From Prorocentrum cordatum (lineage: Eukaryota): a stretch of DNA of 56,841 nt. The translations under genes and the position numbers were made by a program. The notes below the pieces were generated by a model. It saw nothing but the letters and a program-made list of their open reading frames with translations, made no database searches and was not told where the DNA came from. How positions within the stretch are numbered: the first letter of the stretch is position 1; each line of letters begins with the position of its first letter. The stretch lies in contig CAUYUJ010000062.1 in NCBI GenBank assembly GCA_963575745.1, positions 62,001 through 118,841 of the forward strand, read 5' to 3'. This document shows positions 26,075-37,344 of the stretch, in pieces.

Positions 26075-26720
26075 ATTCAATGCCAAGCAGCGCCTAAGAT
26101 GCCAGACGATGGCAAGAGCAGGACAACTCATTGCCTAGCACCACCAACCACGACCCACCAATTCAAGGCAATGCCAAGCACGACCAACCAATGCTGATAA
26201 CCTCAAGCTAATGCCAAGCAGCGCCATGGATCACCAAACAGTTCCCAACAACGCCAAGCACCTCCAACCAATGCCATGCACGACCATCCAATGCCAAGCA
26301 TGTCCTACACGTGCCAGGCAATGGCAAGAGCGGGGGCACACATTGCCAAGCACCGCCAAACATGACCAACCAATGCCAAGCGATGCCAAGCACGCCCATT
26401 CAACGCCATGCACGACCAATCAACGCCAAGCATGATCAACCAATGCCACGCATTGCCAAGCGCGATTGCTCAATGTCGCACGCGACCAAGCCATGCCAAG
26501 CAATGCTAACTAAAGTCGACCAGTCACTGCCACGCGCAAGCGCGCAATGCTGAGAAATGCCAGGCGCGGGTAACCAGTGCGAAGTAAAGCCGGCCACGAC
26601 CATTCAATGCCAAACGCAACCAAGCAACGCCAAGCACAACCAACCAAGGCCAAGCAGGAGCACTCGTTTGCAAGCAGCTCCAAGCATGACCAGCGACTGC
26701 CAAGCAATGCCTCGCCCAGT
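26075..26720. repeat. Degenerate (AATGCCAAGC...ACCA) minisatellite
   Basis: aatgccaagca and gacca recur every ~10-30 bp. Confidence 0.8.
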
Positions 26721-27012
26721 AGCACTGGAGCATTGCATCAGCAGTGGAGCATCACCACAATATACAGGGCATCATACCGGGGTTGTTCCAAAGCCACCAG
26801 TCTGAATCAATCGCTGTCAGGGCCGCCGCCAGCGCGCCGCCGTGGACGAACGGAAATTATCCCGGCAAAGCAACCGAACAGCGATGTATAGGAGCATATC
26901 TGGAAGCATTCCCCTGAAGATTCAGATGAGAATCCAGTTGTAGAGTTCTGTTGTTCTCGCAGTCGTAGTCGCATTCGCGATGACAGTCGCAGTGGCAACA
27001 GCAGTCGTAGTC

Positions 27013-28060
27013 ACAGCCTCAGCCTCAGCCTGCCTCAGCCTCAGCCTCAGCCTGCCTCAGCCTCAGCCTGCCTCAGCCTCAGCCTCAGCCTGCTTCAGCC
27101 TCAGCCTCAGTCTGCCTTCAGCCTCGGCCTCAGCCTCAGCCTGCCTCAGCCTCAGCCTGCATCAGCCTCAGCCTCAGCCTCAGCCTGCCTCAGCATCAGC
27201 CTGCCTCAGCCTCAGCCTCAGCCTGCCTCAGCCTCAGCCTCAGCCTGCTTCAGCCTCAGCCTCAGTCTGCCTTCAGCCTCGGCCTCAGCCTCAGCCTGCC
27301 TCAGCCTCAGCCTGCATCAGCCTCAGCCTCAGCCTCAGCCTGCCTCAGCATCAGCCTGCCTCAGCCTCAGCCTCAGCCTGCCTCAGCCTCAGCCTCAGCC
27401 TGCTTCAGCCTCAGCCTCAGTCTGCCTTCAGCCTCGGCCTCAGCCTCAGCCTGCCTCAGCCTCAGCCTTCAGCCTCAGCCTCAGCCTCAGCCTCAGCCTC
27501 AGCCTCAGCCTGCCTCAGCATCAGCCTGCCTCAGCCTCATCCTCAGCCTCAGCCTCAGCCTCAGCCTCAGCCTCAGCCTCATCAGCCTGCCTCAGCCTCA
27601 GCCTGCCTCAGCCTCAGCCTCAGCCTGCTTCAGCCTCAGCCTCAGTCTGCCTTCAGCCTCGGCCTCAGCCTCAGCCTCAGCCTCAGCCTCAGCATCAGCC
27701 TCAGCCTCAGCCTCAGCCTGCCTCAGCCTCAGCCTCAGCCTGCTTCAGCCTCAGCCTCAGTCTGCCTTCAGCCTCGGCCTCAGCCTCAGCCTGCCTCAGC
27801 CTCAGCCTGCCTCAGCCTGCCTCAGCCTCAGCCTGCCTCCATCAGCCTCAGCCTCAGCCTCAGCCTCAGCCTCAGCCTCAGCCTCATCAGCCTCAGCCTC
27901 AGCCTCAGCCTCAGCCTCAGCCTGCCTCAGCCTCAGCCTCAGCCTCATCAGCCTCAGCCTGCCTCAGCCTCAGCCTCAGCCTGCTTCAGCCTCAGCCTCA
28001 GTCTGCCTTCAGCCTCGGCCTCAGCCTCAGCCTGCCTCAGCCTCAGCATCAGCCTGCCTT
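27013..28060. repeat. (CAGCCT)n hexamer satellite with higher-order structure
   Basis: Variant block gcttcagcctcagcctcagtctgccttcagcctcggcct at 27092, 27247, 27402, 27627, 27742 and 27983. Confidence 0.97.
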
Positions 28061-28061
28061 A

Positions 28062-28276
28062 GCATTCAAAATGTGGCCCGGGAGTGGAGTTCTGGGAACT
28101 CGAAGACCACGAAGTGGCCTACGGTTGGCTTCGGGCATTCAAAATCATGCCCAGGAATGGAGTTCTGGGAACTCGAAGACCACGAAGTGGCCTACGGTTG
28201 GCTTCGGGCATTCAAAATCATGCCCAGGAATGGAGTTCTGGGAACTCGAAGACCACGAAGTGGCCTACAGTTGGCT
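28062..28276 (+). repeat. 73-bp near-perfect tandem repeat, ~3 units
   Basis: gcattcaaaat...ggagttctgggaactcgaagaccacgaagtggcctac.gttggct at 28062, 28135 and 28208. Confidence 0.95.
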
Positions 28277-28743
28277 AAAAAAGGAGTCCCCGGATTCCCG
28301 CGGGAGTCCCCGGATTCCCGCGGCACCCGTCCGGCATCTGCCCAGACCCCCTCTGGGGAGTCATGATGCTCTCTTTTGAGACCACTAGAAACCTATCAGT
28401 CTTCGCTGTTAGGTGAAGAGAACGCAAGGGGCAGGCAAAGGGGGGAGGAGGATCGGGCCTAAAGGGCACCAGGGGACATCGGAAGCGGCGGCGGCGGGGC
28501 CGGCCCTCGAAGCCAGAAGCGACGGCCTCGGAGCGGCGGCCCTCGAGCGCTTCTTGGGGGGGGCATTCAAAAAAAAAATGCCAGGGAGGGGGTCTGGCAG
28601 ATTTTTTGATGTTTTTGCTATTCCCGCCCCCCCCCCAGGCGGCGCCGCGGGCGGTAGGGGGGCATTCTGGCCTCTCGCCCTTTCCTCCCTCTCCCGCTCC
28701 CTCCCTCTCCCCTCCCCCCTACCGCACCGCTCCCGCGCCTTGT

Positions 28744-28806
<63 letters not shown>

Positions 28807-28912
28807 TTCTCACTCTCTCTCTCTCTCTCTCTCTCTCTGGCTCTCTCTCTCTCTCTCTCTCCCTCTATCTCTCCCTCCTCTCTCTCTCTCTCTCTCCCTC
28901 TCTTTCTCTCTG

Positions 28913-28950
<38 letters not shown>

Positions 28951-28992
28951 ACCCTCCCTCCCTCCCTCCCTCTCTCTCTCCCGCTCTCTCTC
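28744..28992. repeat. (CT)n microsatellite
   Basis: Direct reading of the sequence. Confidence 0.95.
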
Positions 28993-29199
28993 GATCTACC
29001 AGGCCATCCTTCTCACCCCCACCCGCGCTGCAACGCTCACCTCGGAAGTCAATCGTGCCGCGCGTCGGCGCCCAAAAAACCGCCACCCCAGAATCCCCCG
29101 TTCTCGGCTTCTGGGGGGCTGTAATGCTGGGCCCCGGGGTTGTTCGAGGCCAGCTCGGGATGAGAAAAAGTGGTGGCCAGGAGGATCCACGTTATGATA

Positions 29200-30835
29200 A
29201 CAACACGACGGAAGGTTTTTCACAATGTTCGGCCTCCAGGTGCTCTTACCGAGCCCCAGGACCGACAAGAAACGACTCAGGATGAAAAACCCTTCCTGGG
29301 GAAGGGGTCGAGACCTCTCGGGAACGACGTTCTGAAAAAAACACGACGTTGGGATCAATGCAAACGTGGGTGAATCAGGGCGCCAGACTCTGCAGGATCC
29401 TGCAGAGCCAGGGTTGCATTGACCCGGGCTTGGGCGCAGCATCCTGCAGGATCTTGCATAATCTTGCGAAGCTTGACTGGCCCAGGTCTGGATTGACCCG
29501 GGCCAGTAGATTCCCGAAATTTGAGGATGGTTACGTACACCGCACAGGCAGAAGCATGATTGCTCCAAGTTTCATGTTGAAAGGGAGGGGGTCGCAACCC
29601 TCCAAAACGAGCAGTTTCAGACCACCCCCAGATCAGCCATGAGAGGGCGGCCTGTTGCCAGACCCCACTGGAACCACCCACGACGGCTCACACCAGGCCC
29701 CCTCTCCCAAGTCAAACCAGTACCCTTGTTTTTTGTGAAGTCCGGAGCACGTACACCGCACAGGCAGAAGCATTTCTACCCTCGACTGAACCCAGAGATC
29801 CGACGTCGAGAGTTTTTCAATGCGGGGTCCCCGGAAGTCTCGACCCATTCCCCGGGACCGGTTTTCGTCCTGAGTCCTTTCTTGACGGTCCCAGGGCCTG
29901 GCGAGGGCCCCGAGGGGCCGAAATTTGCGAAAAAAGCCTCCGTCTTGATTTTTGCTTGTCGATGCGCTGGATCTCTGGGCAGGCAGAAGCATGTCTGCCC
30001 TCGACGGACTGCGCGGCGGCCCGGCGCCCACTCCCCGCCCCGCGCGCGGCCGCCCCCGCGGGCGAACCCGGGGAGGCGCCTCGCCCCGTGGCCGGGCGCG
30101 CGGGCTCCCGCCAGGGATCCCGGGCGCGCGGGCGCGCGGCGCTCCTCGGAACCCAAGCCAGAGATCCAACGCATTGAAAGAATCAAGACCGGGGTTTTTC
30201 GCTGGTTTCGGCCCCTAGGGTCGGGCCGGACGAAAGGGGGGGATTGGGAAAGGGGGGGTTACGAAATTTGCTGCATGCAGCTGGTTTCGGCCCCACCGAG
30301 GGGCCCATTCCTCGATACAGGGGCGCCTCCGCCGGGAGGCGCCGGGAAAATCAGCCACGTGAGCTGATTCTCAAACCCCCCTTTTGCTATCCCCCCTTCT
30401 CGCCCGGCCCAATAGGGGCCCTCGCCGGGCCCCGGGACTGTCAAAAATCGATTCAGGACGAAAAACCGGTCCTGGGGAATGGGTCGAGACTTCCCGGGAC
30501 CCGTCTTGAAAAATTCACGACGTCGGATCTCTGGGAAGGAGGTCCAGCGTGGTGGAGACATCGAGACGGAGGTTTGTTCGCCGTTCGCGGCCTCTGCAGA
30601 GGCCCTCGCCGGGCCCTGGGGCCGTCGAGAAGCCAGCCACCAGGAGCGAAAGAAGGACGTACACGTGCATGAGGCCACGCTGATTTCGAGAGCACGCGTG
30701 GCGCGAATTTTCCTATCACGCGGCCAGTCTCGCGGATCGAGGGGCCGTGTTCATGTACACAGTTTGCCGCGCACGTCTGTTATATGGCAGGATGGAAAAC
30801 CGGCCTTGGGGAATGGGTCGAGACCTCCGGGGAGC
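29200..30835. repeat. Cluster of a ~120-150 bp dispersed module in both orientations
   Basis: Module ggaggtttttcgc...cggcc...gggccctcgccgggcccc...caggatgaaaaacc...gggtcgagac...cgtcggatctct at ~29205, 30185-30533, 30565 and 30788; inverted at 29792-29980; also at 12868-12995 and 8938-9060. Confidence 0.8.
30221..30412. mobile_element. MITE group B member, 192 bp, TSD TAGGG
   Basis: TIRs tcgggccggacgaaagggggggattgggaaagggggggtt / aaccccccttttgctatccccccttctcgcccggcccaa; TAGGG at 30216-20 and 30413-17; an uninterrupted homologous site at 12891-12910. Confidence 0.85.
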
Positions 30836-31339
30836 GTGGGGGGGGGGGGGATCAAGTGGGAATGCGCACGGCGGCTTGGGCCTGGAGCGTTGCGCTTCTC
30901 CAAAGGGGGTGGGGGGGGGTGCAGGGCAGCGTTGCGGGGGGGGGGGATGGGCTCACCTGGAAGGTCACCCGGATGGATGATATTCCATATCTCCCGACCT
31001 TTGCGGAAGGCGCGGAAGGTGATGCATTGAAACTATCAAAAGCCTCAGGAAGCGCAAGAAAAGTCGGCGCCTCACGAAGCGCAAGAGTGTGGAAGGTCAG
31101 CACGGAGGGTCTGGAAGAATGAGGGCGAGGGCGCGGGGGAGTGCGCTCGGCTTTGGAGGGGGCCTCGCTCGCTCTCGGAGGGCCCCTCGCCCCGGGGGGG
31201 TGCTCTCCAGCGGGCGCGCCTCGCCCCACGAGGCGCCCGCGGGGTGCCGGAGTCGTCCCGGTCGGTCGGCCGTCGGAGCCCCGAGCACGGACCCGCAAGC
31301 CGCCGGGCGTCCGAGGGCGGGAGGGCGGTCGGGAGGGGG

Positions 31340-31792
31340 GGAAAAAAACAGACACAGACACACTGAATCGTTGTCATCGTTGTGATCGTTGTTATCGTTG
31401 TTATCGTTAGCGTTGTTATCGTTATCGTTATCGTTGTTATCGTTATCGTTGTTATCGTTGTTATCGTTGGGGAAAAACACAGACACAGACACACTGAATC
31501 GCAGTCACACCTAGCCCTCCGCGGGCCAAAACACACACACACACACACACACACTGAACATTCAATGCAAATGACCCTCCCGAGGATGCACAAGAACGCC
31601 CAGCAAGCACGGAGAACATTAGGGTACCCTCCTCTGAATGGGGAAAAGAAGAAACACAGACACACTGAATCGTCGACTCGCGGGAAAATATGGGAGGTGA
31701 GGGGGAAGACAAAAGCCCAGAAAGTATACGAGAGTACACATGGAATATTGGCATTTGTGTTTCCTTGGTCCCCTTCAGGTGGGGGTGTCAGG
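31340..31792 (+). repeat. Dispersed repeat with (TCGTTA/TCGTTG)n and (AC)n inserts; related copy at ~23840-24005
   Basis: acagacacactgaatcg three times (ending ~31370, 31501, 31671); ggaaaatat...ggggaagacaaaa.cccagaaa...tccccttca shared with 23890-23997. Confidence 0.7.
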
Positions 31793-32916
31793 AGCAAACG
31801 CTCGAGTAGGAGATCAAATACGGAATTGATGAACGCAAAAAATGATTTTTCTCCGTCGAATCGCCGAAGGAATACGCAACAGTCCACGAACATTTTTCTT
31901 TTTCGTTACTAGATGCGACGAAACATCAATTTCGGGGCCAATGAATTCTGCAGCGGATCCCCTACTCGAAACGTGGTGGGGGGGGGGGGGGAGATACACT
32001 CAGGGAGGGACACCATCGACCCCAAAATTTGCCCCTTCGACGCCAGTCGGGGGCCCGATGGAACGCCCCGCCCCAGGAACGGGGGCAGCTTCGCCATCGG
32101 GGGCCTGCCGCCGATCTGGCGTCGAAGCCTGCGCCGGTCCCCCCTGTCGTTAAGTCGCCTCCTCCTCCTCCTCCTCCTCCTCCTCCTCCTCCTCCTCCTC
32201 CTCCTCCTCCTCCTCCTCCTCCCCCCTGTCGTTACGTCGAGCATGTCCATCAACAGGAGGGATATTCCAGAATAGCAACAAAAAATAGTATGGTGACGAT
32301 GTGTCGTGCTCAAGTCCGCCTGCGGGATTATGATGTTCCTACCAACTTTAGCCTTGATCACCAGAAAACATTTCGAGCACCGAGAAAGTACGAAAACTTG
32401 AGGGTTTTCACGTGTCGGGCCCTGGGAGGCGTTACTCGTTCGGCACTGTTTCGATACTGTTCGGGGTGCTCGAAATTACTTCTGGGATGCGGTCCTGAGT
32501 CGAGGAAAGTAAGACTCGAGTAGGCCGGAACTCGGGTTTGCCGACTTGTTCTTGACGAGCGCGTCTTGGATGTTGACGAGTCCCCCCGTACCCGAGTCTC
32601 ACGTCTCCCCGATTGAGTACGATGCGAGTATCTCCTCCTCCTCCTCCTCCTCCTCCTCCTCCTCCTCCTCCTCCTCCTCCTCCTCCTCCTCCTTCCGCCT
32701 CCTCCGCCTCATCCTCCTCCGCCTCCTCCTCCGCCTCCTCCGCCTCCTCCTCCTCCTCCGCCTCCTCCTCCTTCTCCTCATCCTCCTCATCCTCCTCATC
32801 CTCCTCATCATCCGCCCTCCTCCTCCCTCCTCCTCCCTCATCCTGCTCCTCTTCCTCATCACGCCTCCTCCCTCCTGTTCCCTTCTTCTCATTCCTCCTC
32901 CCTCCGCCTCCCTCCT

Positions 32917-33016
32917 NNNNNNNNNNNNNNNNNNNNNNNNNNNNNNNNNNNNNNNNNNNNNNNNNNNNNNNNNNNNNNNNNNNNNNNNNNNNNNNNNNNN
33001 NNNNNNNNNNNNNNNN
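32917..33016. other. Assembly gap (100 N)
   Basis: Run of N between a (CCT)n tract and the 77-bp array. Confidence 0.99.
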
Positions 33017-34152
33017 ACCCAGGGCAGCGTTTCGTGGCCCCATAGGGAGCTCCACCGAAGGCCCCAGTGGGGGTGTTCGCATGCGGTTCCCCCACCCAGG
33101 GCAGCGTTTCGTAGCCCCATAGGGAGCTCCACCGAAGGCCCCAGTGGGGGTGTTCGCATGCGGTTCCCCCACCCAGGGCTGCGTTTCGTGGCCCCATAGG
33201 GAGCTCCACCGAAGGCCCCAGTGGGGGTGTTCGCATGCGGTTCCCCCACCCAGGGCAGCGTTTCGTGGCCCCATAGGGAGCTCCACCGAAGGCCCCAGTG
33301 GGGGTGTTCGCATGCGGCTCCCCCGCCCAGGGCAGCGTTTCGTAGCCCCATAGGGAGCTCCACCGAAGGCCCCAGTGTGGGTGTTCGCATGCGGTTCCCC
33401 CACCCAGGGCAGCGTTTCGTGGCCCCATAGGGAGCTCCACCGAAGGCCCCAGTGGGGGTGTTCGCATGCGGTTCCCCCACCCAGGGCAGCGTTTCGTGGC
33501 CCCATAGGGAGCTCCACCGAAGGCCCCAGTGGCGGGGGTCGCATGCGGTTCCCCCACCCAGGGCAGCGTTTCGTGGCCCCATAGGGAGCTCCACCGAAGG
33601 CCCAGTGGGGGTGTTCGCATGCGGTTCCCCCACCCAGGGCAGCGCTTCGTGGCCCCATAGGGAGCTCCACCGAAGGCCCCAGTGGGGGTGTTCGCATGCG
33701 GTTCCCCCACCCAGGGCAGCGTTTCGTGGCCCCATAGGGAGCTCCACCGAAGGCCCCAGTGGGGGTGTTCGCATGCGGTTCCCCCACCCAGGGCAGCGTT
33801 TCGTAGCCCATAGGGAGCTCACCGAAGGCCACCAGTGGGGTGTTCGCTTGCGGTTTCCCTTTACAGGGCAGCGTTTGTCGGCCATTAGGGAGCTCCACCG
33901 ATGGGCCCCAGTTGGGGGTGTTTCGCATGCGGTTCCCCCACCCCAGGGCAGCGTTTCGTAGCCCATAGGGAGCTCCACGAAGGACACAGTGGCGCCAGTT
34001 TTCGCATGCGGTTCCCAACCCTGGGGCAGCGTTTCGTAAGGGGCCCCACCTTCCCATAGGGAGCTCCACCGAAGGCCCGCCCCGGTGGCGCAGTCCGCAT
34101 GCGGTTCCCCCATCCAAGGCAGCGCTTCGTGGCCCCATATGGAGCCCCACCG
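33017..34152 (-). repeat. 77-bp satellite, left arm (~15 units, degenerating toward 34150)
   Basis: acccagggcagcgtttcgtggccccatagggagctccaccgaaggccccagtgggggtgttcgcatgcggttccccc, period 77 (33017, 33094...). Confidence 0.97.
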
Positions 34153-34172
34153 AAAACGGCACCCACGACGCG

Positions 34173-36106
34173 TTACCAACAATTGCTTTTGGTTGGGTCT
34201 TTCGCCAGGATAATTTTTCTGAACAAGAAAGCGCATGCGAACTGCGCCACGGGGGCTTTCGGTGGAGCTCCCCATGGGGCCACGAAACGCTGCCCTGGGT
34301 GGGGGAACCGCATGCGAACACCCCCACTGGGGCCTTCGGTGGAGCTCCCTATGGGGACACGAAACGCTGCCCTGGGTGGGGGAACCGCATGCGAACACCC
34401 CCACTGGGGCCTTCGGTGGAGCTCCCTATGGGGCCACGAAGCGCTGCCCTGGGTGGGGAACCGCATGCGAAAACCCCCACTGGGGCCTTCGGTGGAGCTC
34501 CCTATGGGGCTACGAAACGCTGCCCTGGGTGGGGGAACCGCATGCGAACACCCCCACTGGGGCCTTCGGTGGAGCTCCCTAGGGGGCTACGAAACGCTGC
34601 CCTGGGTGGGGGAACCGCATGCGAACACCCCCACTGGGGCCTTCGGTGGAGCTCCCTATGGGGCCACGAAACGCTGCCCTGGGTGGGGGAACCGCATGCG
34701 AACACCCCCACTGGGGCCTTCGGTGGAGCTCCCTATGGGGCTACGAAACGCTGCCCTGGGTGGGGGAACCGCATGCGAACACCCCCACTGGGGCCTTCGG
34801 TGGAGCTCCCTATGGGGCCACGAAACGCTGCCCTGGGTGGGGGAACCGCATGCGAACACCCCCACTGGGGCCTTCGGTGGAGCTCCCTATGGGGCTACGA
34901 AACGCTGCCCTGGGTGGGGGAACCGCATGCGAACACCCCCACTGGGGCCTTCGGTGGAGCTCCCTATGGGGCCACGAAACGCTGCCCTGGGTGGGGGAAC
35001 CGCATGCGAACACCCCCACTGGGGCCTTCGGTGGAGCTCCCTATGGGGCTACGAACGCTGCCCTGGGTGGGGGAACCGCATGCGAACACCCCCACTGGGG
35101 CCTTCGGTGGAGCTCCCTATGGGGCCACGAAAACGCCACGGGAACCTGGGTGGGGGAACCGCATGCGAACACCCCCACTGGGGCCTTCGGTGGAGCTCCC
35201 TATGGGGCCACGAAACGCTGCCCTGGGTGGGGGAACCGCATGCGAACACCCCCACTGGGGCCTTCGGTGGAGCTCCCTATGGGGCTACGAAACGCTGCCC
35301 TGGGTGGGGGAACCGCATGCGAACACCCCCACTGGGGCCTTCGGTGGAGCTCCCTATGGGGCCACGAAACGCTGCCCTGGGTGGGGGAACCGCATGCGAA
35401 CACCCCCACTGGGGCCTTCGGTGGAGCTCCCTATGGGGCCACGAAACGCTGCCCTGGGTGGGGGAACCGCATGCGAACACCCCCACTGGGGCCTTCGGTG
35501 GAGCTCCCTATGGGGCTACGAAACGCTGCCCTGGGTGGGGGAACCGCATGCGAACACCCCCACTGGGGCCTTCGGTGGAGCTCCCTATGGGGCCACGAAA
35601 CGCTGCCCTGGGTGGGGGAACCGCATGCGAACACCCCCACTGGGGCCTTCGGTGGAGCTCCCTATGGGGCTACGAAACGCTGCCCTGGGTGGGGGAACCG
35701 CATGCGAACACCCCCACTGGGGCCTTCGGTGGAGCTCCCTATGGGGCCACGAAACGCTGCCCTGGGTGGGGGAACCGCATGCGAACACCCCCACTGGGGC
35801 CTTCGGTGGAGCTCCCTATGGGGCCACGAAACGCTGCCCTGGGTGGGGGAACCGCATGCGAACACCCCCACTGGGGCCTTCGGTGGAGCTCCCTATGGGG
35901 CTACGAAACGCTGCCCTGGGTGGGGGAACCGCATGCGAACACCCCCACTGGGGCCTTCGGTGGAGCTCCCTATGGGGCTACGAAACGCGTGAGAGGTGTG
36001 CCGAGAGCAGAGGCAAGGAGGGGGAGGAGGGGGAGGAGGAGGAGGAGAGGAACGCGGGGCACCGTCTCTTCAAAACGAGGACCCAACACCACAGGATGGT
36101 TGGGAA
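34173..36106 (+). mobile_element. Satellite-carrying non-autonomous element: ~23 units of the 77-bp repeat (opposite orientation to the left arm) between imperfect 27-bp TIRs
   Basis: Array at ~34231-35987 is unambiguous; termini ttaccaacaattgcttttggttgggtc (34173-99) and gacccaacaccacaggatggttgggaa (36080-106) are 18/27 complementary and each forms a CCAAC..GTTGG hairpin. Confidence 0.65.
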
Positions 36107-36517
36107 AAACAATTCTTGACCACCCCCCCACTGGTGCATATTGTTTTTCTTAATCAAAGTGTGCCCCTCGACGCTCGCACCCCGCTTTTTTATCAGGGAA
36201 AGTCTTGAGGCCCAAACTGGGCCCTTGGCCCCCGGGTTACAACAACAACAACAACAACGGCTCCCGCTTGAGATTTCCTTACAATTTAGCCAGGACCCCC
36301 GCTTCCGCCCGAGACTTCCTCGCATTTTATTCAGGAATCGCGCTCTCGCTTGGGACTTCCTTACAATTTATTCAGGAATCGCTCTCCTGGCGATTTGGAG
36401 TCGCGCTCTCGCCGGAGACTTGCTTGCAATTTACTGAAGAATAGCGCCCTTGCGTTGGATTTTTTTGCAATTTGCCCAAACGCCGCGCTCCCGACACCCA
36501 AGCACCCAGGAGTCGCG
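36107..36517 (+). repeat. ~400-bp direct repeat, copy 1 (copy 2 at ~38602-39002)
   Basis: ggtgca...tttttcttaatcaaag...ctcgacgctcgcaccc...cggctcccgcttgagatttccttacaatttagccaggacccccgct...ggcacccaggagtcgcgc is colinear in both copies. Confidence 0.92.
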
Positions 36518-36559
36518 CTCACAGCTAGGACTCCGTACGGATTACCTAGGAATTGGGAT

Positions 36560-37290
36560 CTCGCTGCCCTTCGTGGCCCCGTTGCAGCCCTTCGTGTCCC
36601 CCTCGTTTTGTTCCGTGGCCCCGTTGCAGCCCCTCGTGGCCCCCTAGCTGCCCTTCGTGGCCCCGTTGCAGCCCCTCGTGGCCTCCTCGCTGCCCTTCGT
36701 GGCCCCGTTGCAGCCCTTCGTGGCCCCCTCGTTGCCCTTCGTGTCCCCGTTGCAGCCCTTCGTGGCCCCCTCGCTGCCCTTCGTGGCCCCGTTGCAGCCC
36801 TTCGTGGCCCCGTTGCAGCCTTTCGTGGCCCCCTCGCTGCCCTTCGTGGCCCCGTTGCAGCCCTTCGTGGCTCCCTCACAGTCCTTCGTGTCCCCATATA
36901 CGTATGCCCTTCGTGGCCCCCGCTCGTTCGCGCCGGTGGTGGCCCCATATGCATGCCCGTCGTGGCCCCCTCGCTGCCCTTCGTGGCCCCGTTGCGGACC
37001 TCAGTGGCCCCGTCCTTGCCATCCGCGGCGTGGCCCCCGCTCGTTCGCGCTCTTCGTGGCCCTGTTGCAGCCCTTGGTGGCCCCGCTGTCCCCCTTAGTG
37101 GTCCCCTCACTGTCCTACGTGGCCCAGTTGCTACCCTCAGTGGCCCCGTCGTTGCCTTCTGTGGCCCCGCATTATCTGCCCTTCGTGGCCCCCGCTCGTT
37201 CGCGCTCTTCGTGGCCCATACGCATTCCCTTCGTGTCCCCGCTGTCGCCCTTCGTGGTCTACTTCGTGTCCTTCGTGGCCTTGCTGTCGT
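36560..37290 (+). repeat. ~21-bp minisatellite (cccttcgtggccccgttgcag / cccttcgtggccccctcgctg)
   Basis: Two alternating unit variants; produces the ALRGPVA / APLQPFV pseudo-ORFs. Confidence 0.93.
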
Positions 37291-37312
37291 TCTCTCTCGC
37301 TCTCGCTTTCGC

Positions 37313-37344
<32 letters not shown>

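Noticed and set aside
28062..28276. CRISPR array or tRNA cluster in the 73-bp repeat
   Set aside because: Whole units are identical (no spacers) and I found no cloverleaf or T-loop consensus.
33017..35987. CRISPR-like array, or the 450-680 aa ORFs across the 77-bp repeat
   Set aside because: Units are contiguous with no unique spacers and no cas genes are present. The ORFs arise because a 77-bp stop-free unit cycles through all frames.
34231..35987. Hammerhead ribozyme in the 77-bp unit (hairpin followed by GAAAC)
   Set aside because: No CUGANGA box precedes the stem.
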